A DNA stretch of 46,208 bases, from positions 1-46,208 of the IMG/VR virus record IMGVR_UViG_3300031949_000069; one strand, written 5' to 3'. The translations under genes and the position numbers were made by a program. Within the stretch, counting starts at the first letter, position 1, and each line of letters opens with the position of its first letter. The notes beneath the pieces are model-generated. The model searched no databases. It was not told the origin of the DNA and worked only from the letters and a program-made list of their open reading frames with translations. Below, one piece after another: positions 24,308-33,982 of the stretch. Source of the DNA: a virus (lineage: Duplodnaviria > Caudoviricetes).

Positions 24308-25351
24308 ATGCCGGCCAACATCAGGGAAATGCTCATCGGGTTTGGCAAATGCAAACAAAGCGACCTCGCCACAGCCAACACGGTGGACGGGATCTGGAGG
24401 CTGGGGAAGCTGAACCGGACCTTTACGGGCCCAAATCTCAATACCGAGGATGACGCCCAGGACCTCGGCAAGGGGCACGAGTTCGCGACGGCGCAATATA
24501 AGACGTCCTGGGATGTGGCTGGCCAGCTCGAAAAGTTCCTGGGCGCAGAAATCGCGGCCTGGGCCATGGTATATGGCCTCGGCAAGAGTGCGAAGACCGG
24601 GGCGGACCCCAACTTCATCTACACTGTTACGCCGCTCGATCCGGTGACGGACGGGATCGAGCTGCCCTCCTTCAGCTACATCGAGCAGATCCGCCCGGGC
24701 GCGGGCGTGGTTCTGGATCGGATGGCCGTGGGATGTGTGGTGGAGGGCTGGGCGATCACAGTGGTGCCGGGTCCCGGCCGTGTCAATAGCAAGATCCTGA
24801 TCGATATCGTGGGATCCGGGAAGCACACCGAACCATCAGGGATCACGCTGCCTGCGGCCACGGCCGAAAAACTTCTTCCCGCCGCTTCCGTCACAGCAAT
24901 CATCAACGGCGTCGACTACGTGACGGCAAAAAATCTGGTCAACCTGCGGGCCAGCTGGAAAAACAATCACAGGCTCGACTCCGGATTCTATCCAGGATCC
25001 GGCTTCCAGGATACGGGCGATGGCGCCTCTGGAGCGATCCGCGGGCGGATGGAGGTCGGCGATCGCCTGTGCGGATTGCAATTCCAGGCCCGTTTTGAGA
25101 ACGGATCGACCGAACTCGAGGACCTCAAGGATCAGACCGAGGGCACGGCCGTCATTACCCTGACCTACGACACCAACGCTAACCTGAGCCTTACCTACCA
25201 GCGCCTGGCCTTTTCGGTCGTCGAGCTCGGCGAGGCGGACGGGATCGTGACGGTGCTTGTGACCTGCAAACCGATGATGCATTCAGCCAACGGCTTGCTT
25301 ACGGCCGTAGCCAAGTGCAACATCGATTTGATAGGCGAACTGGAACCGTAA
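24308..25351 (+). CDS. Major tail tube protein
   Basis: 347-aa beta-rich protein preceding the chaperone and tape measure genes. Confidence 0.75.
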   Translation: MPANIREMLIGFGKCKQSDLATANTVDGIWRLGKLNRTFTGPNLNTEDDAQDLGKGHEFATAQYKTSWDVAGQLEKFLGAEIAAWAMVYGLGKSAKTGADPNFIYTVTPLDPVTDGIELPSFSYIEQIRPGAGVVLDRMAVGCVVEGWAITVVPGPGRVNSKILIDIVGSGKHTEPSGITLPAATAEKLLPAASVTAIINGVDYVTAKNLVNLRASWKNNHRLDSGFYPGSGFQDTGDGASGAIRGRMEVGDRLCGLQFQARFENGSTELEDLKDQTEGTAVITLTYDTNANLSLTYQRLAFSVVELGEADGIVTVLVTCKPMMHSANGLLTAVAKCNIDLIGELEP

Positions 25352-25365
25352 AACGCGAGGTGGAA

Positions 25366-25989
25366 ATGGAACAAACAAACGGGCCGACTTTCGACGCTTC
25401 ACGGCCGATCGAAATCAAACTCAAATCGGCCGAGGGCGTGAAGCTGATCACGCTGCGGTTCCCGTCTGACGCCGAATGGATCGCGCGTCAGAAGGCGCGG
25501 AAATTGGTCGTCAAGAGCCTCGGCCGCGGCACGTCCGAAACGATCCCGCCCGATTCAGGGGAATTTGATCTTGACCTGGTGGTCCGGCTTCGGACCGACG
25601 AGGCGGGCCCGGAGATCGACAAATACGAGGCCTCGCGGATCCTGGATCAGCTCGGCGAGTGCGACGTCGACGGGGTAGTCGAGGATGGCGGCTCCTATCG
25701 CGTCACAACCCGCGTTCCGGGTGCTGTGACGGTGCACATCCTGCGCATGCCGACAGCCAAGGAAATCATGCAGCACCGCAGAGCATACTGCCGCACGCTC
25801 GACATGCCCTTCAACCAAAGCCAGACAACCGTGAATCTGGCCGCCGGCGGGGAGACCTACTCGAAACTTGAACCAAAGGCGGAGGGCTATGCGGGCGCGG
25901 TCCCGATCATCCACCAGGCTGCCGCGGTGAATGCGGCGATCGCAGCCCTCGAGTTCGGTATCGGGGTGGCCGAACCCGAAAATTTTTAG
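25366..25989 (+). CDS. Tail assembly chaperone (gpG-like)
   Basis: GAGGTGG RBS, ATG 25366; ends in GAA AAT TTT TAG with a slippery heptamer. Confidence 0.8.
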   Translation: MEQTNGPTFDASRPIEIKLKSAEGVKLITLRFPSDAEWIARQKARKLVVKSLGRGTSETIPPDSGEFDLDLVVRLRTDEAGPEIDKYEASRILDQLGECDVDGVVEDGGSYRVTTRVPGAVTVHILRMPTAKEIMQHRRAYCRTLDMPFNQSQTTVNLAAGGETYSKLEPKAEGYAGAVPIIHQAAAVNAAIAALEFGIGVAEPENF

Positions 25990-26303
25990 CCGAGGAATGG
26001 CCCGAGAGACCGTCGCTGCGCTATCTGGTTTACTGGGATCTCAGGCGCGACGAGCTGTGTGATCCAAAGCTGTGCGAGCACCCAGAGGGTGAGTGCCCGC
26101 GCGACCTCCTGGAAGCGGCTCATGGGTCAGATCTCGGCTGGCTGCTCAAGCGGGGGCTGAATCTGCGCGCCCTGATCAGGATCGGCCTGCAGATGCGGCT
26201 TGAGGACATCGCGGCCGACGAGATGCTGGCGATGCTGATTGTTGAAGAAGAAGAGCGACGGTACGACGAGGAAAAGCTTGCCGACACATCCAGGACGGAA
26301 TGA
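25980..26303 (+). CDS. -1 frameshift extension of the chaperone (gpGT-like)
   Basis: A-AAT-TTT at 25980-25986; the -1 frame is open (LAEEWPERPSLRYLVYW...ADTSRTE) to TGA 26301-26303, overlapping the tape measure start. Confidence 0.82.
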   Translation, partial: KFLAEEWPERPSLRYLVYWDLRRDELCDPKLCEHPEGECPRDLLEAAHGSDLGWLLKRGLNLRALIRIGLQMRLEDIAADEMLAMLIVEEEERRYDEEKLADTSRTE

Positions 26304-28684
26304 TGGCCGCCGATAACAAACTTGAGCTCATAATCGATATCGACAACTCCCCAGGCAAGAGATCCGTCGACGAAATGAATGCCAAGCTAAATGTGTTCGA
26401 ACGCGAGGCTGTTGCCGGGGCGAAAAGGTCCTCCGTGGGGATGAATCAATTTGAGCTCTCAGCAAAACAGGCTAGGGATCAAATGCACCAGGCCTCGCGC
26501 GCGGCGGAATTGCTTGCAAGCCGCATCGGGATATCCCTGCCCGAAGGCGCGCGGAAATGGCTTGTAAGCCTGAGGGGTATGGCGCCACTTCTGGCTTCCG
26601 CCTTCAGCGCATCCGCGGTCATCGCGATAGGCATGGCACTGTTCGATGCGGGTAAGCGGCTCTACGAGTGGATCGACGGCAGCAAGGAAGCGGCTGAAGC
26701 CGCCAAGAAGCAGCGGGAGAAGCAGGATGCCCTCAACAGATCAATGTCGGAGTACGTCGACGCGTTGAAGAAAATCCGCAATGAAAACGAAAAGATCGGG
26801 TTATCCGGATCGGCGCGCACCGGCAGAGACATCGTCCAGCTGGGGGGCGAGTTGCAGGGTTTGTATGAACTGCGCACAGCGGTGCAGCAACAGATTGCGA
26901 ATTTCCCGGCCGCGAACGCGACGTGGGGCCGATCCCAAGAGGAGGTGGCAAAACTGGCTCTGCTCAAAAAGAGTCTGTCGGATCTCGACCGGGCGATTAC
27001 GCCGCTCGAAATGCAGATGCAGGGACTTCAGATAACCCTCGGGTTCGATCGCGCCGAAGAGGGCGCAAAACGCATCGATGCAGAGATCAAGCGGGTCGAG
27101 GCCTTAACCGATGCGATCCGCAAAAAGGGCGAGCTCGAAACCTCGATCGAGAAAGACCTGGCTGCCTTGCGGGCGAGCGCGCGCGCGGCCTATGAAAAAT
27201 CCTCCGGCTTTGTCTCGAGCGTGGCGCCCCCCAGTTTCGCCGATCAGGTTGCCGGCGGCCTGCGCATGAATCAGGAATCCGCCATGGCGACTATCAAGCA
27301 GTACCAGGACCAGCGGACGGCCGTCGAGCAGCTCACCCAGGCCAATGAGGATCTCAGCCTGTCCATCCTGAAGCGATACGGGACAAGCCAGGAGGTCCTG
27401 CAGTTCGAGCTCGAGGCCCTGGAAAAACAGAAGGCTCTCTATTCCGATAACGCCGAAGCGATTGCCGTGATCGAGGAGCGCAAGAAGCTCCTGATCAAGC
27501 AGAACAACCTCGAGATCGCCGAGGACTCCCGCAACCAGTTCGAGCGGACCGCACAGAGCATCGAGGGCTTTTTCAACCGCGTGTTCATGTCCGCCAAATC
27601 CTTCGGGGATATCTGGAAGCAGCTCTGGACGCAAATCGTGAATTACCTGGTCTCGCAGTTTGCGCGTATGGCCGCAAGCTGGCTTGCGTCGCGCGGCCAG
27701 ATGGAAGGAGGATTGTCGGGTACGGGCGGCGGATCGGGGGGTTCCGGCTTCTGGGACATCATCAAATCCGTGCCCGACTACATCGGTAAAATCTGGGGCA
27801 GCCGCGGCGGGTCGGGCAACTCCGGCCAAAGCACCGGCTACGATCTGAATCAGCTGGAGGGCTGGGGCGGATCCGGAGGCTCCGGCCAAAGCACCGGGTA
27901 CGATCTGAATCAGCTGGAGGGCTGGGGCGGATCGGGATCGAGCACGGCATCGGCGTCTTCGAGCGCAGGCAGTGTCGGGGGGTATGCATCCAACGCAGGC
28001 GCGGCCTTCCAAGCCGGAGGCCCGGCGGGCCTGATCGCATACCTCGGCTATCTGCAGACCACGAAGGGATTTATCCCTGGCATCAAGGCTGACAGCAACA
28101 GATGGAGCTGGGGCGGCTATTTCAAGGCGGATGTCATTGGCCCCGGGGCCGGGGTTCCACTCTCGCATTGGCTCGGCAAGCTCTACAAGAGCGCGGAGGA
28201 AAAGATCCGCGATAAGGTCCGGCAGACTTACGGCATCGAGATGAACGAGCCGCAGTACATGAAGTCAATCGTGGATACCGCAAACCAGACATACGGAGGC
28301 GATCTCGACCGGGCCATCCAGTCCCAGGAGGTGCGCGAGCTCGTGCAGCTGTATGCGCTCTCTACCGGACAGACCACGAAGGGCATGCCGGCCAAGATGA
28401 CCGCTGGATCCTGGATGCAATCCGGAGGATCTCTATATTCGATGAGCCCGGGACAGCCATCGGCCTTGCCGGGCGCCGCCCTCAATCGCAGCGGCGCGGG
28501 CGGATCGACGGTGATCAACATCAGCATCCCGGGCGCCAAGCAGTTCTTTGAGAGCGAAACCGTGCGCGTGGTCGTAGACAACCCGCGCGCGGTGCAGACG
28601 TCTGCAACGAAGGCGACCAGATCAAACTACAACCGGCGCGAGCTCACAAGCCTGCAGCTCAGCCCCGGAACACTGACGAGCTGA
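26300..28684 (+). CDS. Tail tape measure protein
   Basis: 794 aa; helical Ala/Glu/Lys-rich N-terminal two thirds, Gly-rich C-terminus; canonical position. Confidence 0.9.
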   Translation: MMAADNKLELIIDIDNSPGKRSVDEMNAKLNVFEREAVAGAKRSSVGMNQFELSAKQARDQMHQASRAAELLASRIGISLPEGARKWLVSLRGMAPLLASAFSASAVIAIGMALFDAGKRLYEWIDGSKEAAEAAKKQREKQDALNRSMSEYVDALKKIRNENEKIGLSGSARTGRDIVQLGGELQGLYELRTAVQQQIANFPAANATWGRSQEEVAKLALLKKSLSDLDRAITPLEMQMQGLQITLGFDRAEEGAKRIDAEIKRVEALTDAIRKKGELETSIEKDLAALRASARAAYEKSSGFVSSVAPPSFADQVAGGLRMNQESAMATIKQYQDQRTAVEQLTQANEDLSLSILKRYGTSQEVLQFELEALEKQKALYSDNAEAIAVIEERKKLLIKQNNLEIAEDSRNQFERTAQSIEGFFNRVFMSAKSFGDIWKQLWTQIVNYLVSQFARMAASWLASRGQMEGGLSGTGGGSGGSGFWDIIKSVPDYIGKIWGSRGGSGNSGQSTGYDLNQLEGWGGSGGSGQSTGYDLNQLEGWGGSGSSTASASSSAGSVGGYASNAGAAFQAGGPAGLIAYLGYLQTTKGFIPGIKADSNRWSWGGYFKADVIGPGAGVPLSHWLGKLYKSAEEKIRDKVRQTYGIEMNEPQYMKSIVDTANQTYGGDLDRAIQSQEVRELVQLYALSTGQTTKGMPAKMTAGSWMQSGGSLYSMSPGQPSALPGAALNRSGAGGSTVINISIPGAKQFFESETVRVVVDNPRAVQTSATKATRSNYNRRELTSLQLSPGTLTS
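27821..27933 (+). repeat. 60-bp-period tandem duplication in the tape measure gene (SGQSTGYDLNQLEGWGGSG x2)
   Basis: 27821-27873 vs 27881-27933 differ at one synonymous base. Confidence 0.95.
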
Positions 28685-28688
28685 TGGA

Positions 28689-29084
28689 ATGCCCGGGAAC
28701 GTTGCGAATGCAGTGGCAACCGAAACCATGCCCTGGAGCCTGTGCCGGGCATTCGTTCATGCGCGCGAGTATCTGATTGCGCAGAATGAATACCGGAACG
28801 GCGAGTCGCAGCGCGACTTACTGGTAGACACGAGCCGGAAGCACTGGATCCTCGCGAAGCGTCTCGCACCGGCACAGCTCGAGGAACTGCGCGATTTTTA
28901 TGAGGCGCGGGGCGGCCCGCTTGAGGCCTTCTATTTTTATGATCCCTGGGAGACGGACCCAAAGTTCGACTCCACGCCATCGGGCGGCGCCGGGCGTTAT
29001 CTCGTGCGCTTCGCGGGGCCCTGGGAGCAATCCGCCGGCGCGGGGCGCGCGGACGCAAACCTTCTGCTGATCGAGCTGGCATAG
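28689..29084 (+). CDS. Distal tail protein (gpM/DUF2460-like)
   Basis: After the tape measure gene; LRDFYEARGGPLEAFYFYDP...VRF. Confidence 0.75.
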   Translation: MPGNVANAVATETMPWSLCRAFVHAREYLIAQNEYRNGESQRDLLVDTSRKHWILAKRLAPAQLEELRDFYEARGGPLEAFYFYDPWETDPKFDSTPSGGAGRYLVRFAGPWEQSAGAGRADANLLLIELA

Positions 29085-29094
29085 GCGGGGTTTC

Positions 29095-29502
29095 ATGGCA
29101 CTCAAGCTATCCACTGCCGCGCGCAATGCTCGCCTTGACGCGATTGAGACGGCGGTCGGCGAGAGCGCGATCCTGAAGATCCGCACCGGATCTCCTCCCG
29201 ATAGTATTTCGGATCCCGATTCGGGGGACGTCCTCGCAAGCCTGAACCTGCCCGCGAACTGGATGAGCGCTGCCGCGAACGGATCTAAGTCGAGATCCGG
29301 TATTTGGCAGGATGCGGCGGCGGATGCCACGGGGACGGCCGGGCATTTCCGGGTCTATGCAAATGACGGATCGACGCCACACCTGCAGGGCACCATTACC
29401 GTGAGTGAAGGCGGCGGTGACATGACCCTCGATTCGGTCAGCGTCGAGGCGGGTAATCCACTCACGATCACGGGGTTTGTTTTGACCGACGGCAACGCCT
29501 AG
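29095..29502 (+). CDS. Virion structural protein (small fibre-type subunit A)
   Basis: STAARNARLDAI...LKIRTG...ADATGTAGHFR...G.DM, a pattern common in phage tail modules. Confidence 0.7.
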   Translation: MALKLSTAARNARLDAIETAVGESAILKIRTGSPPDSISDPDSGDVLASLNLPANWMSAAANGSKSRSGIWQDAAADATGTAGHFRVYANDGSTPHLQGTITVSEGGGDMTLDSVSVEAGNPLTITGFVLTDGNA

Positions 29503-29530
29503 CGATTTGGCGTTCAGGCTGAATGTTTGG

Positions 29531-29552
29531 GGGCCGCGCGAGCGGCCCTTTT
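29531..29552 (+). terminator. Intrinsic terminator-like hairpin upstream of the inserted cassette
   Basis: GGGCCGC-GCGA-GCGGCCC-TTTT. Confidence 0.7.
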
Positions 29553-29567
29553 CATTGGGAGGCCACC

Positions 29568-30023
29568 ATGGCCGGATTCACAAACAAAGGAAAGTATCGG
29601 TTCTTCGATTGGATCTTCCGTGCGACGGCCTTGCCGACGAATTTCTATGCCGCGCTCGTCACTTCGGCCACGGCGCCTGTCGCGGACACCAACACCAAGT
29701 CCCAGCTGACCGAGATCGCCAACGGCCAGGGGTATACGACCGGCGGTATCTCGCTGACCAAGAACGCAACAGACTTTGATGTTCTGACCGAAGATGACGG
29801 CAACGACAAGGCGATTATCCAGATCAAGGACTTGGTCTGGACGGCGTCCGGGGGCAACCTGCCAGCATCGGGTAACGGCGCCAGGTATGGCGTGCTCACC
29901 GACGACAACGCGACGCAGGGATCGCGCGAGATATTCGCGTTTTGGGACCTGGTCTCGGATCGCTCTGTGTCCGACGGCCAGAGTTTGACTCTCCAAAACT
30001 GCGAGCTGGATCTGACCGAATAA
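29568..30023 (+). CDS. Virion structural protein (small fibre-type subunit B); contains the protospacer of CRISPR spacer 1
   Basis: GGGAGG RBS; FYAALVTS...EIANGQGYTTGG...DLVWTASGG...ARYGVL. Confidence 0.75.
   Translation: MAGFTNKGKYRFFDWIFRATALPTNFYAALVTSATAPVADTNTKSQLTEIANGQGYTTGGISLTKNATDFDVLTEDDGNDKAIIQIKDLVWTASGGNLPASGNGARYGVLTDDNATQGSREIFAFWDLVSDRSVSDGQSLTLQNCELDLTE
29941..29977 (+). other. Protospacer matching CRISPR spacer 1 (37/37 nt)
   Basis: TTTGGGACCTGGTCTCGGATCGCTCTGTGTCCGACGG occurs at both 10815 and 29941; 5' flank ...TTCGCGT, 3' flank CCAGAG. Confidence 0.98.
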
Positions 30024-30071
30024 CCGCCGGCGCTTCGCGGCGGTGACAATAATAGCCAGCAAGGAGCAGCG

Positions 30072-30485
30072 ATGATCGACATCAAGAAATTGGCAAAAGA
30101 AACAACACCGAGTGACAAAGCGAAGGCTCTGGTCGGCGCGGAAGTCGGCTTCGAAATCGCCGGCGCCGAGCTCTACCCGGCGACGATCGACGAGATCCAG
30201 GCCTGCCTGGGCGTGGGCAAAGGACCGGCGAAATTCGCGGACACCGAGGGGACACCGAACGCGCTCCATCAGTACTGGACCGAGGCGCAGCGGCTTGGCA
30301 CCGGCGCTTTCGAGCTGGCGCGCATGAGGTATGACCAGTGCGGGGGCCTGAGCCCGGAGCAGAAGAAAGCCCGCAACGCAGCCCTCGAGTGCGCCCGGAA
30401 GTGGTTCACGGAGGTGTTGCACCAGAGCGTCGGGGGGCAGCCGATGGGCCTCCATATTACGGGCAAAGAATTCAAACTCTGCTGA
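30072..30485 (+). CDS. Hypothetical protein
   Basis: AAGGAG RBS; 137 aa. Confidence 0.7.
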   Translation: MIDIKKLAKETTPSDKAKALVGAEVGFEIAGAELYPATIDEIQACLGVGKGPAKFADTEGTPNALHQYWTEAQRLGTGAFELARMRYDQCGGLSPEQKKARNAALECARKWFTEVLHQSVGGQPMGLHITGKEFKLC

Positions 30486-30492
30486 GGCTGCC

Positions 30493-31851
30493 ATGAAAAG
30501 ATATGTCCTGCTGTGCCTGATGATCCTCTGTTCTCTCGTCGCATTCGGCACGCCGCGCACCGCGCTCTACGTGTCGGCGACCGGAAGCGACACAACCGGA
30601 GATGGGTCGGCCTGCGCACCGTGGGCCACCATTCAGCGCGCCGCGGCCGCCGTCAAAGCCGGTGAGGTGGTATTCGTCGGGCCGGGCCAGTACTCCGGCG
30701 CGATCACCACGAGCGCAAGCGGGACAGCCTGCAACCCGATCGTGTTCCAAGCCGCGCCCGGGGTCACGATCGCGGGCCGTTGGCGCCTGGTCGGCGAGTA
30801 CGTCACCATCACCGGCTTTGCCATGCAGGGGCCGCTTGCGGGCTCTTTGAATTTCTTTGATCTTTCCGGTGCCAAGCATTGCACGGTCAGCTACAACACC
30901 GTCCAGGGCGGGGACTACAACGACCGAGGCGTCTACCTGGGTGGGTCTGCAAGTTCCTACAATGCCATCGAGCACAACGTGATCCGGAACATTGATTACG
31001 TTCCTATCTGGATCGGCGGCGTCGGCAACACCATCGAACGAAACACCGTGGACAACGTGTCCACGGATGCGATTCTGGTCTGGGGCCATGGTCACGTGAT
31101 CCGGGGCAACGACGTGGGGCGTGTGACATACGCCCCGAATCACGCCGATTACATGCAGACCTTCTCGAATGCCGGCGACACCAACGAGTCCTATGACATC
31201 CTGGTCGAGAGAAATTTCTTTCATGACTCGCCCTGGACGACCGAACCGGCGAATGTGCAGATCGGGCAGCTTTCACCGCAGGGAAACCCGAACATCAGGG
31301 ATTGGATGTTTCGAAATAACATCTTCGCCCGGATCGACGGGCCCCTGAACATCAACATTCCCGGCACCAAGGTTTTGAACAACCTTTTCTATCGCGTGTC
31401 GACGCGTATCGGCGGGAATGCGGTCAATTTTGGGGACAGCGTGACAAACGGGCCGGCGCACAATCCGACAGTGAAAAATAACCTCTTCATCGGATGTGGA
31501 CGGCTCATGGACAAGTACGGCTCCTACTCGATGGAGGCTGGCGTTCAGGGCGATGATTGCAGCCACAACCTGGTTGCAGACGGCCCGCCCGGCTACGGCC
31601 CGAAGAAGCTTACCCTGTCCCGCGACCTGGCCGGCGCGTCCCTGAATGGCATCAATCCGCTGTTTGTCGACGAGCTCGGCGGGGACTTCCGACTGTTGCC
31701 GGAATCGCCCGTAGTCTCGGCCGGCGTCAACCTCAGCCTGCTGTTCAAAGACGATTTCGATGGATCGCCCCGCCCCGCGACGGGCCCGTGGTCCATTGGG
31801 CCATTCGCTGCGCCGCGTGTGCTTGCCGGAATGATCGCGGCCAGGAGGTAG
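30493..31851 (+). CDS. Signal-peptide-bearing right-handed beta-helix (pectin lyase-like) protein
   Basis: MKRYVLLCLMILCSLVAFG; YVSATGSD..GDGS...PWATIQRAA; Asn-ladder repeats; NPLFVD..GDFRL...DDFDGSPRP..WSIGPF. Confidence 0.85.
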   Translation: MKRYVLLCLMILCSLVAFGTPRTALYVSATGSDTTGDGSACAPWATIQRAAAAVKAGEVVFVGPGQYSGAITTSASGTACNPIVFQAAPGVTIAGRWRLVGEYVTITGFAMQGPLAGSLNFFDLSGAKHCTVSYNTVQGGDYNDRGVYLGGSASSYNAIEHNVIRNIDYVPIWIGGVGNTIERNTVDNVSTDAILVWGHGHVIRGNDVGRVTYAPNHADYMQTFSNAGDTNESYDILVERNFFHDSPWTTEPANVQIGQLSPQGNPNIRDWMFRNNIFARIDGPLNINIPGTKVLNNLFYRVSTRIGGNAVNFGDSVTNGPAHNPTVKNNLFIGCGRLMDKYGSYSMEAGVQGDDCSHNLVADGPPGYGPKKLTLSRDLAGASLNGINPLFVDELGGDFRLLPESPVVSAGVNLSLLFKDDFDGSPRPATGPWSIGPFAAPRVLAGMIAARR

Positions 31852-31853
31852 TC

Positions 31854-32204
31854 ATGCCCCTGCAGCAGCTTTTGAATAGAGCGAACCGCCAGGGTACGGC
31901 GATCAGCGCGGAATACAACGCACCGGCGAATCTAACCGGCACGATCCGCCTTCGCGGCGACATCGCCGCGGCCGACCTGGCCGATGTGCGGAACAGTCTC
32001 AGCCTCAGCATCGAAGTATTCCGCGATCCTGTCTGGGAAGTGATTGCTGGATTAACCTGGGTCGGCGGCGGCGTGACGATGCCGGGCCGGGACCCACAGC
32101 CCTTTGTTGGGTTTGATTCTGCCGAGATCGCGGGCAAGCGCGTCCGCATCAGCCTCAGCATCCCGCGCACGATGCGGATCGGGGCGGTGGTCGAGGTCTC
32201 TTAA
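31854..32204 (+). CDS. Hypothetical beta-rich protein
   Basis: AGGAGG RBS; TAATG coupling to the next gene. Confidence 0.7.
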   Translation: MPLQQLLNRANRQGTAISAEYNAPANLTGTIRLRGDIAAADLADVRNSLSLSIEVFRDPVWEVIAGLTWVGGGVTMPGRDPQPFVGFDSAEIAGKRVRISLSIPRTMRIGAVVEVS

Positions 32205-33982
32205 TGTCAATAGCACGCGTCCAGCAAACCGGCGCTGTCGGGAACAATGCTACATCGGTCACGCGGGCGTTCCTATCGAATGTCACAGCCGGGGCGATGC
32301 TCGTAATCCTGGTCAGCCGATGGTCAAGCAGCAGCGACCCGTTCCAGGCGGCCGACTGCACTATGTCTGCGGGCACGGCAACCATCGGCGCGATCTCGAT
32401 GGACGTGCAGTACAACAGCGGCAGCGGCTCCAGTTGGGTGGCGCTGGCAATTTATTCCTGCATCGTGACCGGCTCTGGAAGCTGCACGATGCGGGTAGCG
32501 AACGGTCCGGCGGGTTCCTATTGGCTGGTCGGTATCGCAGAACGAAGCGGATCCTGGGACGCATCGCGCGTCGAGGACACCGCGACCAACGAGGGTGACG
32601 CGCCCACGGCACCGACGACAGGCGATATGACGAGCGCCGGCGCGGGCCTGTTCGTTGGCATTGCGGAAATGTATGCCAACGATTCGCTGACGGTCACCGA
32701 GGACGGCGCATTCGCGCTGATCTACGAGAATGAGAGCATCGCCTCTCTTATTGCGGCGTCCATCGACCGGATCGTATCGAGCGGCACGACCGACGCCGCA
32801 AGCTGGAGTGCGCCGACTAGCGACCCGGACTATTTTTGGTTCGGCGCTGTGGGCGTTGTCTACAAGGAGGCGGCGGGCAACATCGTCGTCACGCCCTCGC
32901 CCGTAACGGGTAAGGCGGCAAGTACTGCTCCCACGGTGGTCCGCGGATCTATCAGCGTCGCGCCGACGGCCCGGAGCGCGGCTGCGTCGAGTGTCGCGCC
33001 GACCGTGGTCCGCGGGCCGATTACAGTTGCCCCGTCAGCCGCGGCCGCCAAGGGTGCGGTTGCGCAGCCGGCGGTCATTCACGGATCGCTCTCGCTTGCG
33101 CCGGCTGCGGGCGAAGCGAGGGCTGCGACCGGCGCTCCGACCGTTATCCTCGGGTCCGTGATAGTTGCCGCGCCAGCCGCGATCGCCGCGGGCTCGAGTG
33201 TGGCGCCCACCGTCGTCCGAGGCTCGATCGAGTTCGCCCCGGATCCGGCCGCCGCGGCCGCCTCAGGTGTAGATCCCGCGGTGGAGGCTGGGGGCGACGT
33301 CCAGGTTAGTCCGGCCGCCGCGCAGGCAGCACTGTCGGCGACCCCGCCTACTGTGATCCATGGATCGCTCTCGCTTGCGCCGAGTGCGGCGGCAGCCGCC
33401 GGTACGGTGGTTGCGCCTACTGTTATCCGCGGATCGCTCTCATTCGCCCCGGCGGCGGCGATCGCCCGGGCACTTGGGATTGATCCGAGCGTAGAGGCTG
33501 GGGGCAATGTCTCGGTGCAACCGGCGGCCGCATCAGCCACTGCGGCAGTTGCGGCGCCGACCGTCGTCCGGGGATCCGTATCCATGACGCCGGCCGCGGC
33601 TGCGGCGATCGCCCTGTCGGTAATGCCCGACGTCGTACTTGGATCGCTCGCCGTTTTGCCGGTAGCGGCCGGCGCCAGGTCGACCGGGACGGACCCGGGG
33701 ATAGTACTCGGCGCGATCGCCATGATTCCGACGCCGGCCTCGGTGCTGGCCTCTTCGACCGATCCGACCGTCGTGATCGGGGCGGCCCCCGGGGAAATCA
33801 CCGGGACGCTGGAACTAACTCTCGATGGTCTTGTCTTGCGCGCCCGGGGCACAGGCGAAATTGCGGCGATCCCGGAGAATCGCACGATCAAAATTGCCGC
33901 CGAGCTCCGCACTCTGAGGATCCCCTTCGAGGATCGCACAATCAAGATCCCCGCGGAAGACCGCACCCTGAGGATCTCATGA
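32204..33982 (+). CDS. Ala/Val/Pro-rich repeat fibre-like protein with an N-terminal globular domain
   Basis: ~23-aa repeats (APTVxRGSxxxAPxAAAA); C-terminal 9-aa repeats RTIKIxAEx/RTLRI. Confidence 0.75.
   Translation: MSIARVQQTGAVGNNATSVTRAFLSNVTAGAMLVILVSRWSSSSDPFQAADCTMSAGTATIGAISMDVQYNSGSGSSWVALAIYSCIVTGSGSCTMRVANGPAGSYWLVGIAERSGSWDASRVEDTATNEGDAPTAPTTGDMTSAGAGLFVGIAEMYANDSLTVTEDGAFALIYENESIASLIAASIDRIVSSGTTDAASWSAPTSDPDYFWFGAVGVVYKEAAGNIVVTPSPVTGKAASTAPTVVRGSISVAPTARSAAASSVAPTVVRGPITVAPSAAAAKGAVAQPAVIHGSLSLAPAAGEARAATGAPTVILGSVIVAAPAAIAAGSSVAPTVVRGSIEFAPDPAAAAASGVDPAVEAGGDVQVSPAAAQAALSATPPTVIHGSLSLAPSAAAAAGTVVAPTVIRGSLSFAPAAAIARALGIDPSVEAGGNVSVQPAAASATAAVAAPTVVRGSVSMTPAAAAAIALSVMPDVVLGSLAVLPVAAGARSTGTDPGIVLGAIAMIPTPASVLASSTDPTVVIGAAPGEITGTLELTLDGLVLRARGTGEIAAIPENRTIKIAAELRTLRIPFEDRTIKIPAEDRTLRIS

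Noticed and set aside
10815-29977. Diversity-generating retroelement template/variable repeat pair
   Set aside because: The match is only 37 nt, exact with no adenine-specific changes, and bounded by CRISPR repeats; no reverse transcriptase is present.
32880-33790. Second CRISPR-like array in the repeated DNA of the fibre gene
   Set aside because: The repeats are degenerate, in frame and conserved at protein level, so they are coding repeats.
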